Origin: Fimicolochytrium jonesii
Taxonomy: Eukaryota
Assembly (NCBI RefSeq): GCF_025526975.1
Contig: NW_026515679.1
Location: forward strand, 62,001-126,000
Direction of reading: 5' to 3'
Length of the DNA: 64,000 nt
In this document: positions 23,420 to 38,274 of the stretch, in pieces
Layout of the letters: every line of letters begins with the position of its first letter
Position numbering within the stretch: position 1 is the stretch's first letter
Translations under genes and position numbers: made by a program
The notes under the pieces: model-generated
The model's database searches: none
Seen by the model: the letters and a program-made list of their open reading frames with translations, nothing else
Told to the model about the DNA's origin: nothing

Positions 23420-25014
23420 ATGGCGGCTTTTCAAGGCCTTCGGCGATCGGTCGTGAGTCTTAACTCGCACGATCACGCTGAATTATCCATCCTCATCAAA
23501 GAAGAGAAGGTACAGTTAGGGCTTTGTGCCAGTCGCCGTTTTGCGTGTGATGAGGCAGGTTGCCGACATTCTTACAACTCTCCCCTAGGATGTCGCCACC
23601 GAGCTTCACAAATTTGCGAAAGAAAAGCTTGAAGGTGAGGAACATGACCAATTGCTGCAAAGTGCCACTCAGCATGTTGGTCTAATTTCCTTCATTCCTC
23701 GTTCCAGCCGGAAAATATCTACATACGTACGGAAAGACGCAACACAAAGACATCGAGGATATATCCGAAAAATACTTGACTCTCATCGAGAAGTTCGTCG
23801 ACTTTCACTCCACCACGATAGAAAAATACGAATCGTACCGGAGTCGCCTGAAAGACATGCGCCAGCGCGAGGAGACCTTGTATGCCCTGAGAAAACGCCA
23901 CAAGGAACTACAGGACAAGTACAAAGATGCAGTCAAAAAGCAGAAACCTCACGAAACCCTGAAGATCGAGCTAGGCGTTGTCGAGAAAGATCTGGCGGAG
24001 CAGGAGGCAGAGTGTGAGGGATACAAGCGAGCCACCCTCAAAGAGGCGTTGCATACGCAGATGGACGCGTGGATGGATCTGGGCAACAAGATGGCAATCT
24101 TTGCGACGTACGGCAAACACCTTGCTGATCAGATCCCGCAAGGATCGCTGGCGCCTGGGCAGGAGCTGCCGCCGTACGAAGGGTCAGGAGTCACTGCGCG
24201 GATCACCGTCGACTTCACAAAGGCATTGCGTGCTTATGAGGCCGAGGCGAAAGCTGCCCATACCGGGGCCCCTGAAGAGGCACAACACCAACGAGGCCGA
24301 CGGAACGAAACCACGTCGTCACTGCATCTGGAAGACCTCAGACTCAGCACTAGCCATTCGCGAGACTCCCTGAACGTGCCACACGTTCAACCGCATCCTC
24401 CGATAGCCACCTCACGCGACTCTCTGAACCACCCAGTTTTCACACAACCCTCCGCAGCGCATGACCCTGGCTACCCAACATCGCCCACCCTGCAAGATCT
24501 AGGCGGGAGTAATTCAAACTTTGGGACAACGTCAAGATTCTACCAACGGCCTCTCACCGCAGAACCGCAAGCGGAGGCAGGCCATCTACCATCATATCAG
24601 ACGTCGCACTATCAATACGCTCAGAGCCTCCCAAGGGACACCTTACCGCAGCCGCCAGGTGCATACCCGACAATGTCAACATCAATGCCACGGAACGGAT
24701 TCTCCTCCTTACCATCACTTCCGCCGGCCCCGTACATGGGGAGTAGCCCCGAACCATCCAAAGGCACTGTCGTCTGTCCGTCCTGCGCCCGGCCGGTAGT
24801 TGGGAATAAAATCAACGAGCATCTCGATACCAAGTGCTCAATGTACCTGGTAGAGCTCACGTCTGGTCCCGCGGGTCCGACGATGAGGCAGTATGATGAG
24901 TATGATCCCGAGAGGCAATATCAGAGTAGGTTGGATGCGTCACACCAGCAGCCGGGGCATCAAGCAGAAGATGATGAATACGTCCGTGCGAGGTTGGCGG
25001 GCATGGGGTCATAG
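23420..25014 (+). CDS. Eisosome Pil1/Lsp1-like BAR-domain protein with C-terminal UBZ4-type zinc finger; 3 exons
   Basis: LSILIKEEK, DIEDISEK, YESYRSRLKDMRQREE, KRATLKEA..MDAW..KMAIFATYGKHL and PGQELPPYEG follow the Pil1/Lsp1 pattern. CPSC-x11-HLDTKC at 24769-24837. Confidence 0.82.
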
Positions 25015-25130
25015 CGGAACACGAGCATATCTATAGCCTCGTCAATTTGGCATCTCGATGTAGCTTCAGCTTCGCCACCTAGTGATTGTAATGTGTATAT
25101 TATGTACATTCCGAACAAAGTATACATCTG

Positions 25131-28100
25131 TTAATCTTCCAAATCGGCAGATGGCATGAGCTGCGTCGAGATGGCACCTCCAGATCCACTTCCTTCATCC
25201 CCAATATCAGCAGATTCCGACGGGTCTTGAATAGGCATAGCAAGCTTCGAGTGGAGGTCCGCCAGAGCATTGACCGCTTTGGCCGTGTTCACCGTCACAT
25301 GGTCATATACCAGCCGTGGCACTCGCTCCTTCTGCACCCCGAGCCATTCGACCCACTCCCACGGCGTCGCGTCCCCCGTGACTTTGAGCTGTGGCTCAAA
25401 GACCCTTTCGCCCGTGCAGATAAAGGCTATATCTGCCGCTCGACGAGCAGTGTCTTCAGCCGCTCCAGCGGTGGCCGGTGAACCATCGGGTTTCAACGGA
25501 CTCAAACCCGCATCACGAGTGTTCGCAGCTTTGTCGGCATTGTTATGTGTCGGACTTGGCGAAGCAGGACTGACGGTATTTGTTGGCGACGGGCTTCCGG
25601 GCCGACCCTTCGCGCCTTTCGTAGGCTCCTCGATCCCCGTGTCGGAACTCGCGGCCACAGCCTTCTGATACAGCTGCACCAACTCCTGCAGGTACTTGTA
25701 CAGCCCGAAATTGAGCGCGATATCAATCGGCCCACTGAAATCGGTGCGGAACCCGTACTCGACTTTTGGCTGCTGGAAGAAGCTTTCGCTCTTTAACGTC
25801 ATGACCGTGTCGCGCACGCCAAAGACATTCTTGGCGGCGGCGGATGTCATGAAAGCGAACCACTGCGATGTCGTCCACATGCTCTCCTCGGCCTGCGATA
25901 TCGACTTGGCGGTTCCTTTCTTCACGGCGATACCGCCCGTGTGGACGACCGTGCGTTCCACGGCCTGCCCGGAAGGGCCCCGAGACCCATCGTAGATGAT
26001 CTCGAAGCGCTTAGATGTGATTTGGGCGAAATCGGGGTCGCGGAAGTTGTATCGCGCGAGAACGATAAAAGCCTCGCCCAGGACGATGTTGATGTGGCCG
26101 AGGGTGCTCGCGCCCATCCAGAATCGGTTGAGGAAGTCTCTTCCGGGTACGGCCGTATCTTTAGCGCCCGAGCTGCGCAAGTCTGGGTTGGATGCCGGCA
26201 CTGGTTGTTTGACTTTGGAGAGGAGGGTTCCGGATGAAGGCATCACAGAAAGACCGGAAGCGGACGCTTCCTTCTTACTATGCGATGCGGATGAAACGCC
26301 GCTTGGGTCGGGACCTCTCTTTTCTTCAATTAAGGTCCTGATGCGAGACATTAGCTGTATGATCGTCGGAATGGTCCGTCGCGACATGATGCATTTGAAG
26401 ACAGCAACGTCGAAATCTGCATTCACGTGAAGCTGCAGATCGTCTGTGGTCACAACCCATTTGTCCGTGAAACCTCCGTGGATGGGTGCGATGTATAAAA
26501 TGAGGATCCTCTCGTACTGATAGTGAAGATGTGACGACACGTGCTCGATGTGCAATACCATATCAGTACCCGTAACCGAATTGGCTTGACCTCGCTTCGG
26601 CGCTGGAGGCTTTCGCGCATCGAGATACGCTTGAGCGCCTGCCACTGTTGTTGCTCCGCTAAACTTGCCCTCCGTCTTCAAACTGAGGGTCTCGAAATTG
26701 ATGCAGACTTCCTTCTCTTCGAATCCCAGAGCCGAACGCATCCCGCTTCCCATGACGACCAGATTATCTAGAGTGAGGCTCCCTTTGCCAATAGCTTGTC
26801 CAAAATCCATGGCAAACTCGATCTGATTGAGCCTCGCCGCTACGTTGATCGTATCGAAAAGTGACGCGCCATTCTCGCCGACGAGGGAGAGGAGGGAGGA
26901 TCCGTACGTTCTTCGTTCGACATTGTTCAAGCCACCGAAGGACTTCCTAACGGTAGAAGCCGACCGAGGGAAGAAATTCCACGAATCTACCCACATTCGC
27001 TTGAACAGGAAAAAGTCCTGCAGATGTCTGGCGTTTAGGCTGCCCATCAGGGAAGGAACTCCGATTTCGAGTGTGTAGATGCGATTCAGCTTGCGCTCCA
27101 TTGTTGTAATGTTGAACGTCACGCGAGCGATCTCTGCATTCAAGCAGTCCTCGGGTGAGAAGACGTGCCGTAGTGCGCCAGATGCCCCCAAAACATTTCC
27201 GGTGCAGCTCAGGTACTGCGTTTTGTCGGGACGTTCGGCCTTGGGTATGAACGAGAATATGAAGTCGGCTTCATCCAGGTTGAAGTTGAAGCTCACCTTT
27301 GACGTCGGCTGACACGTCAAGCTGATTCTCGTATGCGAAAGGCAAAGGTTGAAGGTGACCGAGTGTCGTTGATACGAGGCCAGCATTGCATTCGGCTGTG
27401 CTTCCATATTCGTCGGACCAGCGACAATGGAGGTACTGCTTTCCATGCCAGTTGCTATTCGCTCTTCGTGCTTCAACATCCGGCCAACCTTGAGATTCGT
27501 TGTTATCTCTCGGATGAACTGAAGGATCTCCGGATGCAGAACATTTTTGCTCGCGTGGATGATCAACTCGATGTGGATTTTTTTCGATGGACTAGCCATC
27601 TCGTCCTGCGGATCAAAATCGCGCTTGATGGTGTTCCCAATTGTAGACAGTGTAATTCCCGGCAAGGCGAGGAGATGAATGCACGGGTCTTCGGCCGATC
27701 CTGCTTCTCCTGTCCGTTGGCTTCCTCCGCCAGATGATAGGTGACTAGTGGATACTGGTGGCGATGCGGTTGAGGACGTTTTCCCACGGTGCCTCGCAGA
27801 CCAAATCTTGCACGTCCCAGTTTCGAAGTCAAACCGGGCATCAAAGTCCACAACGGTGGCAATGTCGCTGAATACACCGTCCTCGAGCTCGGCGTCGGAA
27901 TTTACTGGAAGATCAGTTGTGGCATTGGGCGTAGAAAGACCCGGTTCAGAATTCATTTCTCCGTTTCCAGATACGTTCTGTTGTGCCGAAGTTGAAGCAT
28001 CTGGCATGAACGACACTACTTTTCCTCGTTCACTCATGTATACGACGTTTAGCTGATTTGCGTACTCGGTGATGCCGGAATCCACTTCCAACTCGAACCC

Positions 28101-31100
28101 TTTAATCCCCGAAATAATCTGAATATGGCTCTTGCCATTTTCCTTCCGACGAATTATCTCGGCACTGGTCTGCTTGAGAAGTATTCGATTGGCGGTGGGA
28201 TGGGCGGCGGGTGAGAAATGTCGCTCGTTGCTGACATCGAGAACCGGTACGAACTGGAAGCAAAGATCGCTGATTTTTCCCGATGCCGATCTCAATTGCT
28301 TCGAATCGAGATGGATCATGCTCGCCGAAACTAGAAGGGCAGGGGAGCCGTCGGTGCTTCCACTTGAGACCGTACTTCGGCGAGTGCTGAGGACGCGCGC
28401 AGCAGTCGATTGATTGCCTCCAGGCGACTGGCCACTTGGTCGTAGTGGAAGCGCAGCCCCTACATTGCGCACTTGTATTTGGATTACCCTTTCCTTCAGG
28501 AATGATTCCTTTTTATGCTTCTGAGGTAACGGCATCTTCATCCCTTTGATGAGCCTCTCAGTGTTCTCTTTCGCTTTGGCGAGTTCTTTTGCGTTTCGAT
28601 GGCTTCCTTTCTCTAGTTCCCGTCTGTAGTATTGAACGACATCGGTGACTGCAGTCACGGCTGTGGTTTGAAAGACAGCGTGAAGATGTTGCACCCGCAC
28701 ACAAAGTATCTTCGCCTCGGATTCCAGTTCGACGATTTCCGAGGGGATTGAGTCTTTCGGAATGAAGTTCTGGGTTGTCACACTTGTTACTATGTAGACT
28801 TGCGGTTGGAACTTGATTCGGCTGCCGCCCGACGTCCAGGTCTGCCATTCCGATCCGTTTCGCAGCAGGGCAAACGAGAAACCTCGCAAGGACAATCTCC
28901 AGAAGACTTTGTCGGGGTTAGTGAATGACACAGTCTCCGGGATCTCTTTCGACAACTCCTTCTGGGCGAAGTTCATCGCGAACCCACTAATATCATCCGA
29001 TTCCAACATCACAACGGAATTCGGACTATGAGCCGAGACCCGCAACCCTTGTATTCGGAACCTCAATGCATAGTAATACTTGGTCCTTCCGATGCTCGTT
29101 TCGGAAACGTTTTTCTTCAACGAGTGCTGCTTCCGCTTCCGCTTCCGCTTCCTTGCATAGAATGCGATAATATCGAGGATGTCATTCAGCTCTCCACCGA
29201 GGACGCTCTGAGTAGTGATCAGCTGATCGATAAGATTGACGTTGACAGACGCCTGTATGCAATCCAGTTCTACGGATGCCTCTATCTGCATCGAATCTCC
29301 GATGATGGCAATACTGTTGCGACTCTGCTGTTCCCTTGGCATGCTGATTCCACTTGTGAGTGCCATGTGTCTTATGAGACCAACCGATCTCAATGCCGGT
29401 AGAGCAAAAGCTGTGGCCTGTTGGGGGCTGTTGGATGCGCCTCCTGTATCATCCAGCCCATCTAGCGGCTTACTTACGAAATTGGCCGTGTGCGCACCGA
29501 TGCCAGCCTCCCAGTCCATCCAAGGTCTTGCGGAGAATGCTAAACGGGGATCGATCATGCTGAGGCGTGAGCTTTGGGCAACGCTGACGAACAAGCGGTG
29601 CCCCTCGTAAATGAAATTGAGAGACGCAAGAAGGTCCGACTGTACGGAAAGGTGCTGCAATAGGAAACTGATCCTCATGACGGAGGGTTTCGGAGAACCA
29701 TGTTTATCGGGGATAACTGACGTGGAAGGCGCTTTTGGGAGTTGCCCTATGCGAGAATCGGATGCCGTCACTCGTTCCTTTATTAGGCTGTTGAATAAGA
29801 AATCGTAACGAGGCAAATCTTCATCACTCCATTTCTCGATGAACGCGTGCAGTTTCAATAAGCTTCGAGGGAGATCAACGCGGATATGACGAATGTTGAT
29901 TGTTGCAGATGTCTGGTCGGGTTCCTCGCCTGTGTTGCTCATGAGGATGTCCTTGTTCGAAGAATTCCTTGTGAACATGCCTCCGATATCTTCTGATCCG
30001 ATCGAAATCAAAGTGCTTGCATTCGCAGCGGATGCGCCACGACTCTGTTTCTCGGACATCGTGATGTCTACCGTTGAAATGCTTCCCAGAGAGCTATGTG
30101 TAACCTCCAGAGGTCCATCCGGAAGGCTTCCTGTACCATGTCGTGGCAAGGGGAATGCCCTCATTTCTGTGACAGCGTTCTGTCCGGATCCCGGGGTGAT
30201 GTGAAGGGTAGATAATTGAAAGCTACGCAGTGAAGCTTTTGCCACAAGATTATGTGCCGCGGCGGTGAGAGAAATCTTGTTGATCAGAAGGGTACCGAAA
30301 ATCACAAACTGCTGCACATGTGAGAACAAAGAGTCCCCGGATGGAAGTGATTCACTGGAACTTCCAAAATTCGGCTTTATTGGCGGAACGAGCGATTCCA
30401 GTCGGGACTGAAACCACCGGTGAACCCTGAGAAAGTGTCGGACAAAACCAAATAGATTTGGATTGACGATGCAATCCAGTCGGCCAATTTTTGCCCTATA
30501 GCGGATGTCCAGAATAGCGCTCGAAGGGGCAGGTTGTCCTGGTGTGATCGCTGTCATTTCCTGCGGGTTGCTACCTTCCAGCGTCTGCGCCGAGATCAGA
30601 ATGGGTCCCACGACGATGGATGTGTCCTCCATTTGATATTCAAAGATGGTCACGTTGAGTCTAGATACGTCAACAATTCCCTTGACATTCCAAATGAGCC
30701 TCGATAGAGTAACCTCTGCGAGGTTCTGAGCTTGGAGCGATGGCATTGGTTTCATTCCGTAAAGCTTTCGCAGCAGGGGGACAGAGGATACATCAGTCCC
30801 CTCCCACCGCCTCCAGGAGGTAAGATGCTTCGAAACGGTGACGAACAGTAACTTGGAATCCATAGTTTGATCGTTCCTGGCGTTGAGTATAGACTCCACT
30901 CCAGCCCGTATTTGGGGCGGCAGGGACCGCAGAGAGTATCGCATGTGACATAATAGCTTCCAACCTCTATCTTCCTGATGCTTTCGGCTACCAAGCACCC
31001 AAATTGACGACGGTTGGGTGAGGAATAGCGGGTCTTCATCCACGGCGTGACTGTGAGCCTTCCCAGCGATCTGGACCAGCAGATTCTGCAGATCTCTTCG

Positions 31101-34100
31101 CCTACGCAACGAGAAGGCACCATGGATTTTGCCGATGTCTATCCCAAATGTCACCCACTTGTACAAGACTCCGAACATGATCTCGATTGTCTCGTTGATC
31201 GAGACGACCGACAACTCCTTGGTGTTGAGTTCCAACGACATTCCGTCGTCAAATGTCGCGCCCGTACGTCCGCGCTCCATTCGTCCACTCCACTGTATCT
31301 TTTCAGCCAGAAGGTCCAGGGCGACCGGCACGCCTTCCAGAGAATCGTTCGGAAGGCTTTTGTTGAGTTGCTTCTGCTTGGGGATGCCAACGACACCATT
31401 CACATTCATATTTCCTACGAAGTAGAGCCGGGTAGTGCACCGATCTACGTTGACCGCAAACTTGAATCGAGCAAGCCGCCCATCATGACTTTGAGGCGGC
31501 GAATAGTCCACCGTTTGTGCCATGGTTGCGGTGAGGCCAGACACGACGAAGTCAAATGAGCAAAGCAACTCATCCGACAGTTCGTAGCGTGCAGTGTGAC
31601 TCTGAGCCACGAAAGAGGTGGCATCCGGTAGTAACATGTCCTGCACACAATGTATGTGCACACTTGGAGTTGACACGAACACCGCAGTGGAGGCGAGCAG
31701 ATACGGGAACTGCCGCATCAAATAGCTTGTATGCTCCAAGGTTATCCTGTCCAGTACCGTCTCCGAAGTGACGGTCTGCAACGATAATCGTCACGAAGGG
31801 ATTTAGGCGGACAAAGGACCTGCTTTGTGCGTACCTGATCTTTGACGGCTTCCAATGCTTCTTGAACAATTCGAAGCGCTATTGGAGTGACAGTGATTCG
31901 CACGGCCTCGCACAAGTCAACGGTCATGTCGCTTCTTTTTCCGTCGGTTCCTTGATGACGAGGGATATCCGTTGAATCATCCCGATACTTTCTCAATGAC
32001 CGGTGGAATGCTTTTTCTTCAAATACATTTCCATGCTCGTCTTCTCTGGTTTCCGATATGCCGATCTGCGTGAACCCAGTAAATGCAGGCCGCTCAGTCC
32101 CAGAAAAGGACATAGGGCTGCGCTTGTTGCCTCTGTCAATCCTGAACTGCTTGAGGTACGTTCGATACGGGATTGACCTCGGCGGCGGTAAGTCAGCGAA
32201 TGAACCGCCCTGCTCCGCAGCAATTGATTCGTTTCCTAAGGATTCCCATTCATCAGGGTCTTCATCACTCCCTGAACTCTCCGATGACGTGGATTCACTA
32301 CACCGGCATCGTTAGCTTGTGAATTTGATGATCGTGTTCAGACACGACTCTACTCACGCATCCTGGTTGATGTACGAGCTCACTTCCTCCTGCAAATGTC
32401 CGTCCGCTGGAAAGCGAAAATGTGTTTCATCACGAGGTTTATGACGGTGTGACAGTTGAAATGGGGGGTTGAACTTGGGAAGGAATGGCAGCCATTTGTC
32501 CGGCTCATTGGTCCGATTCGCTTGTCGCCTCGTTGCCCCTCGTTGGTGTACCTCAGGGTTCTCGTATAAAAATGTGCAACGTTTTGTCGGCTCATCCTGA
32601 CTCTTGACAAATGCCATTTGCAACTTCTGTAGATCCTCCCAGTCAGGAATCTGATCGTAGTTGCACATGGACATTGCCGTTGTCAGCTTGAACACTTCCA
32701 CCCACACGCCTCCGTCCGCTGCAGTGCCTAGACTATCCTGATCACTCGTATTGGCCAAGCACCGTAACGCGATAGCCGGGACTTCTATGAACGTGCGGCC
32801 GACCCAGGTTTGGCAGGCGTAGTTGTCGTATTGCAATCGCAAACCCTTCGGCAGCGCAAGAGTGGAGACTGAGCCTGGACCGATCACAGAAACTTGGACG
32901 CTGCCTACCGTCACAAGTATTGTGGTTACGTCAGGTAAAGCGACCGATCCTGCGAGACTGTTATCCACATCCGCATAATGGAACACAAACGACTTCAGAG
33001 ACGATTGCAGAGCGCTCAGAGCCGTGGGTTGCAAATCTCCTGCGATATCTCCGCAACTGATCCGCCAGTCGACAGCATAAACCAGCGCCTTTGGAGGAAG
33101 GCCGAACAGGCGATGCCCTCGGATGGTTATGTCTGGTCATTCATCGTTCAGTGTATGGGCAAATGCGCGCATACCGCGACTCGAACTTATGCCTACCTTG
33201 GATATGAAGGGCGTTGCGCGTGCTGTCCGGGTAGGGATGATAGTCACCGTCCTTAGCAACTCCGCGTAGCACTTGGACCGGGCGAAACGTAACTTGGAGA
33301 TCTAAACAGCCTATCAGAATATTCTGCCACATATGAGTATAAACGAAAGAGGACGGCCGCCAGCGAACCATTGTAGTGGGTGGTATTCCGGTTTTCGACC
33401 TGAATTTCAGCGATCTTCATTATCGTGACATTGTCGATGCAGTACAGATTTGCTGGCAATATCGCAACAAGCTCACGGAAACGACCCACGATGTGTGCTT
33501 CAAAAAGATTCGATTTCTCCTGCAGCTACATGTAAGCACACCTAGATCAGGAAAGGCCCTCATGCAATAGACCTACCCGTGCAGCCTCCTGTTTCAGGGA
33601 GTTCGTCTCAGTTTTGATGGGATCTGCAAGTCGGCTTCGATATTCATCCGAAGTGATGAAGCTATTGTGATCCCCCATGTAGTTTTCCTTCAAGAAGAGA
33701 ACATGAGATATCAAAAACCCGAACATCGTGGCCTGAACGCCGGACGTCTGCATAACCAATGAGTTAGATGGTGCCCCCAGCCGACTCTAGCGGGAATGAC
33801 CAACCTCAATGTTCATGATCAAGCTGTCGACGCTACGTGGGTCGAAGGCTCGATGGTAAAGGTAATTTCCATCGATCCCGAATTGGCCAACCACCCCAAT
33901 CTCGCGATCTTTCTCGGCCAAAAATGCGCCGATCGTGTGCGACTGCGGGAAGCTCATCCGGAGGCGAAGCTTCCGTGCCTGCAGGAAATCGGCACTTTTG
34001 AGTAGCTGCGAAATTATGTGGGATATGCGGTTGAATGTACCTCGATTTGAAAATCCACCGCAGTGCTCTCAGCTTCAAATTGTAAAAAGGGCATAGTGAC

Positions 34101-36832
34101 ATCCAGCCTCATTCGAGATCCGTTGATAATGATATACGCTGAAAGGTAATCAGACGAGCATCATGAATCAATCAAAAGACAGAAGAACCTACTATTATCA
34201 TTGAGATCGTTCGGCTGATTGATGATATTGTGCTGATTGGTACAGAGAAGCAACTCGAAATCATTGAATACTGTCTTGATCTTGTACTCAATCGGTACAA
34301 AATACGTCTGCGGAGTGGGAGGGCCGGACGACCAATCCTTGCTGAGATCCATGAGGAGCGTGACGTGATCCCGTAGTAGAAACACACGCGACGAATTCAC
34401 GGTGATTCCAACGTTCCATGGTCGCGGGGCATTCCATTGAAGGGGGTTGTGCATATGGATTTCCAACTGGGTGGAGTGCCGCCAATCAGTACGGGACCCT
34501 TCGCCGCAGGACGGCCCATGTCTATAGCCAAACGGGAAGATAGCGGCGACCAATAACTTACCTTCAAATGATTTGCAACCAGGAGAGGACTATAGTTCAG
34601 GCTCGAAGTGATCGTAAGCTCGCTCAACACGGCTGTCACCGACATCGCGTATCCTTTCTCGCTCTGCACGAACGGTACCACTACATCAACGGTTGATCTG
34701 CTTGCCAGCTTCAGATCTATCCATGCATAGGGGCGGCCAGCCGTCCCTCTTTTCATGTTTGTGTTCTCGTCGTCGGCGAGCGCGTCGTCGTAAAATTTCC
34801 AATCCTAGGGAAGACAAGACGCGTCAGAATGGCAGGTGCGCAATCCAAAAGGGGTGGTGAAGGCCTACCTTGGATGCTTCCCGGAACGGTATCCGCAAAG
34901 TCGTCTTGCCAGCAAACTTGAGAAGGATCTTCAGCGCTACGAACAGACGAGTTTCGCCAGGTCGTAGGCTTTCGGTCTTGATTGCGTTTCGATACGCCGT
35001 AGGGAAGAAGAACGATTGTATCATCCCTCTGTGCGCGAGCGACATATCAGCGTCTTCGCTTGCCGTCAGCGTGGGTTTGCATCTCACCTCACCTCTGCCG
35101 GTCTGCCCACGGACCATAATGAATAGTCCCATCTAAGATAGTCACATCTATTCGAGAGCAGATCAATCACACGTTCAGTTGACGCAGCTGCTCCATACAT
35201 TCAATTAAGAGCATACCTGCCCCCCATTCTGGTGGTAAATCCCCATTTCCCACATCGAAGTCTTCGCTCGCATTCAGGGCATCCATGCTTGTCTGCACCT
35301 TGGGTACAGCGATCGATGGCGCCGGGCCTAAATGGAGTCTCAGACATCAACGGTCCCGCCCTCAGGTCACAGTATACCTCATGAAATTCTCCCTACCTGC
35401 CACGTCCGCATAGTAACGGATGTCAAGCCTCCCGCATTCGAGAACCTTGTTCACCTGCGCGTACTCTTCAAACCGCCTTCGTTTGAGCAACGGGACATTG
35501 ACAATCTTATATCGAGAGAGTCCCGCCCAGTGCTGCTCAGCTTCTTGCAATGGGATGTCTGCCTCTTGTACGTCTCCAAAAATGATGCCTCCTCTGAGGA
35601 AAGCTGAGAGTTTGCGATACCACGGCTTCCTTACGCTGTTGGAACGGGATGAGCATATTGAAGAGGTAGTCCATGCTACGTATGGTCCACCCGTGACGCT
35701 TACTTTCGGGCACGCGTCCGGGCCGCATGGTTTAATACCGGTTCCCGATAATCCACATTTGGCCCCATTGTGAGCTTAACTTTCTTGAGCGACAGATTGA
35801 GATCCGTCCTGTAATAGTCATACACAGAGCGAGACTATATTGTGCGATTAGCCTCGGAAGCGATGTGGAATAACATTGAAGGTGACGCACTTTCACAATT
35901 TCATAGTTTCCGGACGCTTCTTTGTAGTGCATGACAAGGATCGTCGGAAGATCCGGTAAGCCCATGGTGATCGCCCCCGTGGACGAAACGATGTCAATAG
36001 GGAAGAACCATCGAAATCCCATGTCCTTTTCTTGCGCACATGGTAGCTCGTCCGACATACGAACTGTTGGTTACAGGCAGTTGGTTACTGTCGTAAGCTG
36101 AAGAGCACGTAACGTGGGCTTACCTGTGACATTCTCCGGGGAATGGGCTGGCGGGCTTCCATTTCCAGATACCCCCGCCGTCCTTTCCAAAACAGTCTGA
36201 AGATGTTGATAGGCAGGGGTACGATTGTAGATGAACCACTCCAGACCATCCAAGCGGACCATGAACCTTGAGGGGAGCTCTGGCAACATGGATTAGGAGC
36301 GCGGCCGGACGAAAAACGGAGAAGGCCCAGACTACCATGGGTGGAAAACTCTGCCGCGTCCCCTTCTCTGCGCACTCGAGCCAGCCACCATCGGAACGTC
36401 ACATATCCGCGCAGAATATGTATGGATTGGTTGCGAGAATAATAGCGTAGATTCCTGAATAGCAGCTTCCCGCTAAGTGGCGAAAACTGCAATGACTCTG
36501 CGCATCGATCAATCATTGTACAGCCGCCTTTTGTAATCCCAAGCTGCCATACCTATCTCCACATAGGCTTTATATTTCCGCCATGTATATATACAGAGAA
36601 GCTTCCCCGCTATTTGCCCGACGGCACGGCTCAAATAGAAGAAGTAGAAGAGCGAGATGATCGCAACGACCCATGTGTAGACAACGAAGGTCCAGAATTT
36701 GACTAGAGCAGTCGCACAGGTGAGTTGAACGTTCGCAAGGGTGCTTCAACCCTGTCCCTTTTTGCTCTCACCGTTGGGGTCTTGCTGATTGAAGTTTCCG
36801 AAAGGCAAAGGAAACTCGGGAAACTCAGACAT
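25131..36832 (-). CDS. CSF1: Csf1/KIAA1109 (BLTP1/Tweek) bridge-like lipid transfer protein, >3000 aa, many exons
   Basis: N-terminal TM (FWTFVVYTWVVAIISLFYFFYLSR), SLQFSPLSGKLLFRNLRYY, LRGYVTFRWW, GLEWFIYNRTPAY, PPEWG, FFFPTAY, LRIPFREASKDW, LLRDHVTLLMDLSKDWSSGPP, C-terminal FEPQLKVTGDATPWEW. ATG at 36832 splices in frame. Confidence 0.9.
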
Positions 36833-37051
36833 CCATGTAAGCTCTCATATGAGTATTGCGGGAGAGACGCAGGTGTTCAGCTGTATCTAACTGAATGGCC
36901 TGGGAAATGTTGTTCGAGATCAGTGCCAGAATGCGGCAGCGACAATTGGAGTCGCGCGCGTTTGAAGCCACATTTGCTGCATATGCATAGCATAGAGAGG
37001 ATTTGCTCGAAACGAAAAAAAAACCATGCTATGTATAACACTGGCCTAGAT

Positions 37052-38274
37052 CTATAGACCAACGATTCCTCGCTCCGAAACCTCATATATGCACTTTCTC
37101 GACGGCAGGTTTGGCGCAAAGCAGATCTCAAAGGTACGGGTCACGCATGCGCGGGTAGTGTCTGCATCCAGCACCGCATTACATTCCTCAGCATGGGCCG
37201 GGAACCTGTTTATCCGCGACAATTTGACACGGGCATTGACCATGTTTGACCATGCGAGCCCCAGGCTTGGGCGAACATCACTGGCGTTGCCTGCGCCCAC
37301 AGCGCCCGAGACGGTGAGAAAGGAGTCCGCCCCTTTTCCCCCGCCCAACTTTGCTCCCTGGCGCACATTATCAAACACATCGACAACTTGGTTGAGGCAG
37401 AGAATGACGCACTGATGCTCGTGCGCTACCTTCTTTAGCGCGGCGCCCATCTCATAGAGCGTCCGGCTGCGCTCAATCGCCGTCCATTCCGCCGTGGCCT
37501 CGTCGCCGCGAATGTTTGCCGCGATAGAGTCAATAACGACAAGTCGTACGCCCAGTCGTTTGACAGAGGGCTCGAGGAGGTGGCAGAGAATGTGATGTTG
37601 GGTTTCGTGATCGCGGATATGTATAATATGCGTGCGATCAAGCACTATCGAGGAGTCCAAGTCGGGAAAGCGCGAGGCAATGATCTCGTGGAAACGCCCG
37701 ATGGGAAACGGCTGCTCGGTCGCGATGTACAGACATCCTAAGCAGGGTTTGGGAAATAGTAAGAAGATGAGTCTGGAAGGGGTGCCGTCTTGTTCCAATT
37801 CCAGACATACCAGTTCCAAGACCTCCATGTTCTACTGGTGCAGCCGCCACGGCACTAAGTTGTAAAGCCAGCTGCGATTTGCCTGAGCCGCTCTTGCCGT
37901 ATATTTCCGTTAACCCAGGATGAAAGCCTCCGTGCAGCAAGTCGTCCAGCACAGCATCATGTGTGGACAACAAAGGGAGCCGGAGTGAATCCACATCCAG
38001 CATTGTCCGGCACAATCCATCTAGAGAACAAATTGTCTTGGAGGCCTCTTCGAGCAATATCTTCGCATCTTTCGCGGAGAGCTTCAAACGAGTAGCTAGC
38101 TCGGGAATAGACGAGAGCACGACATCTTCTACAATGTCGATTTGTGCTGTGTTGAAATGGTTGGAGAGGATTACACCGAGCACAAAGACAGGCTCAGGAA
38201 AGAATTCATTAGGCCTCACCTGCTCTCGCTGAATTGAGGATATGGGGACTAAGATTCAACAACCCCACGTCCAT
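37052..38274 (-). CDS. Rad51 paralogue, XRCC3/Rad57-like; 3 exons
   Basis: LDDLLHGG..GLTEIYGKSGSGKSQL (Walker A), CLYIATEQPFP, RLVVIDSIAA (Walker B), ILCLNQV, PSLGLAWSNMVNARV. Confidence 0.85.

Noticed and set aside
25131..31781. 2216-aa ORF as a stand-alone giant gene
   Set aside because: It is the terminal exon of CSF1/BLTP1. Its listed start is a TTG overlapping the splice acceptor.
34648..34660. GTATCCTTT resembling a U12 intron donor
   Set aside because: It is on the antisense strand of a CSF1 coding exon.
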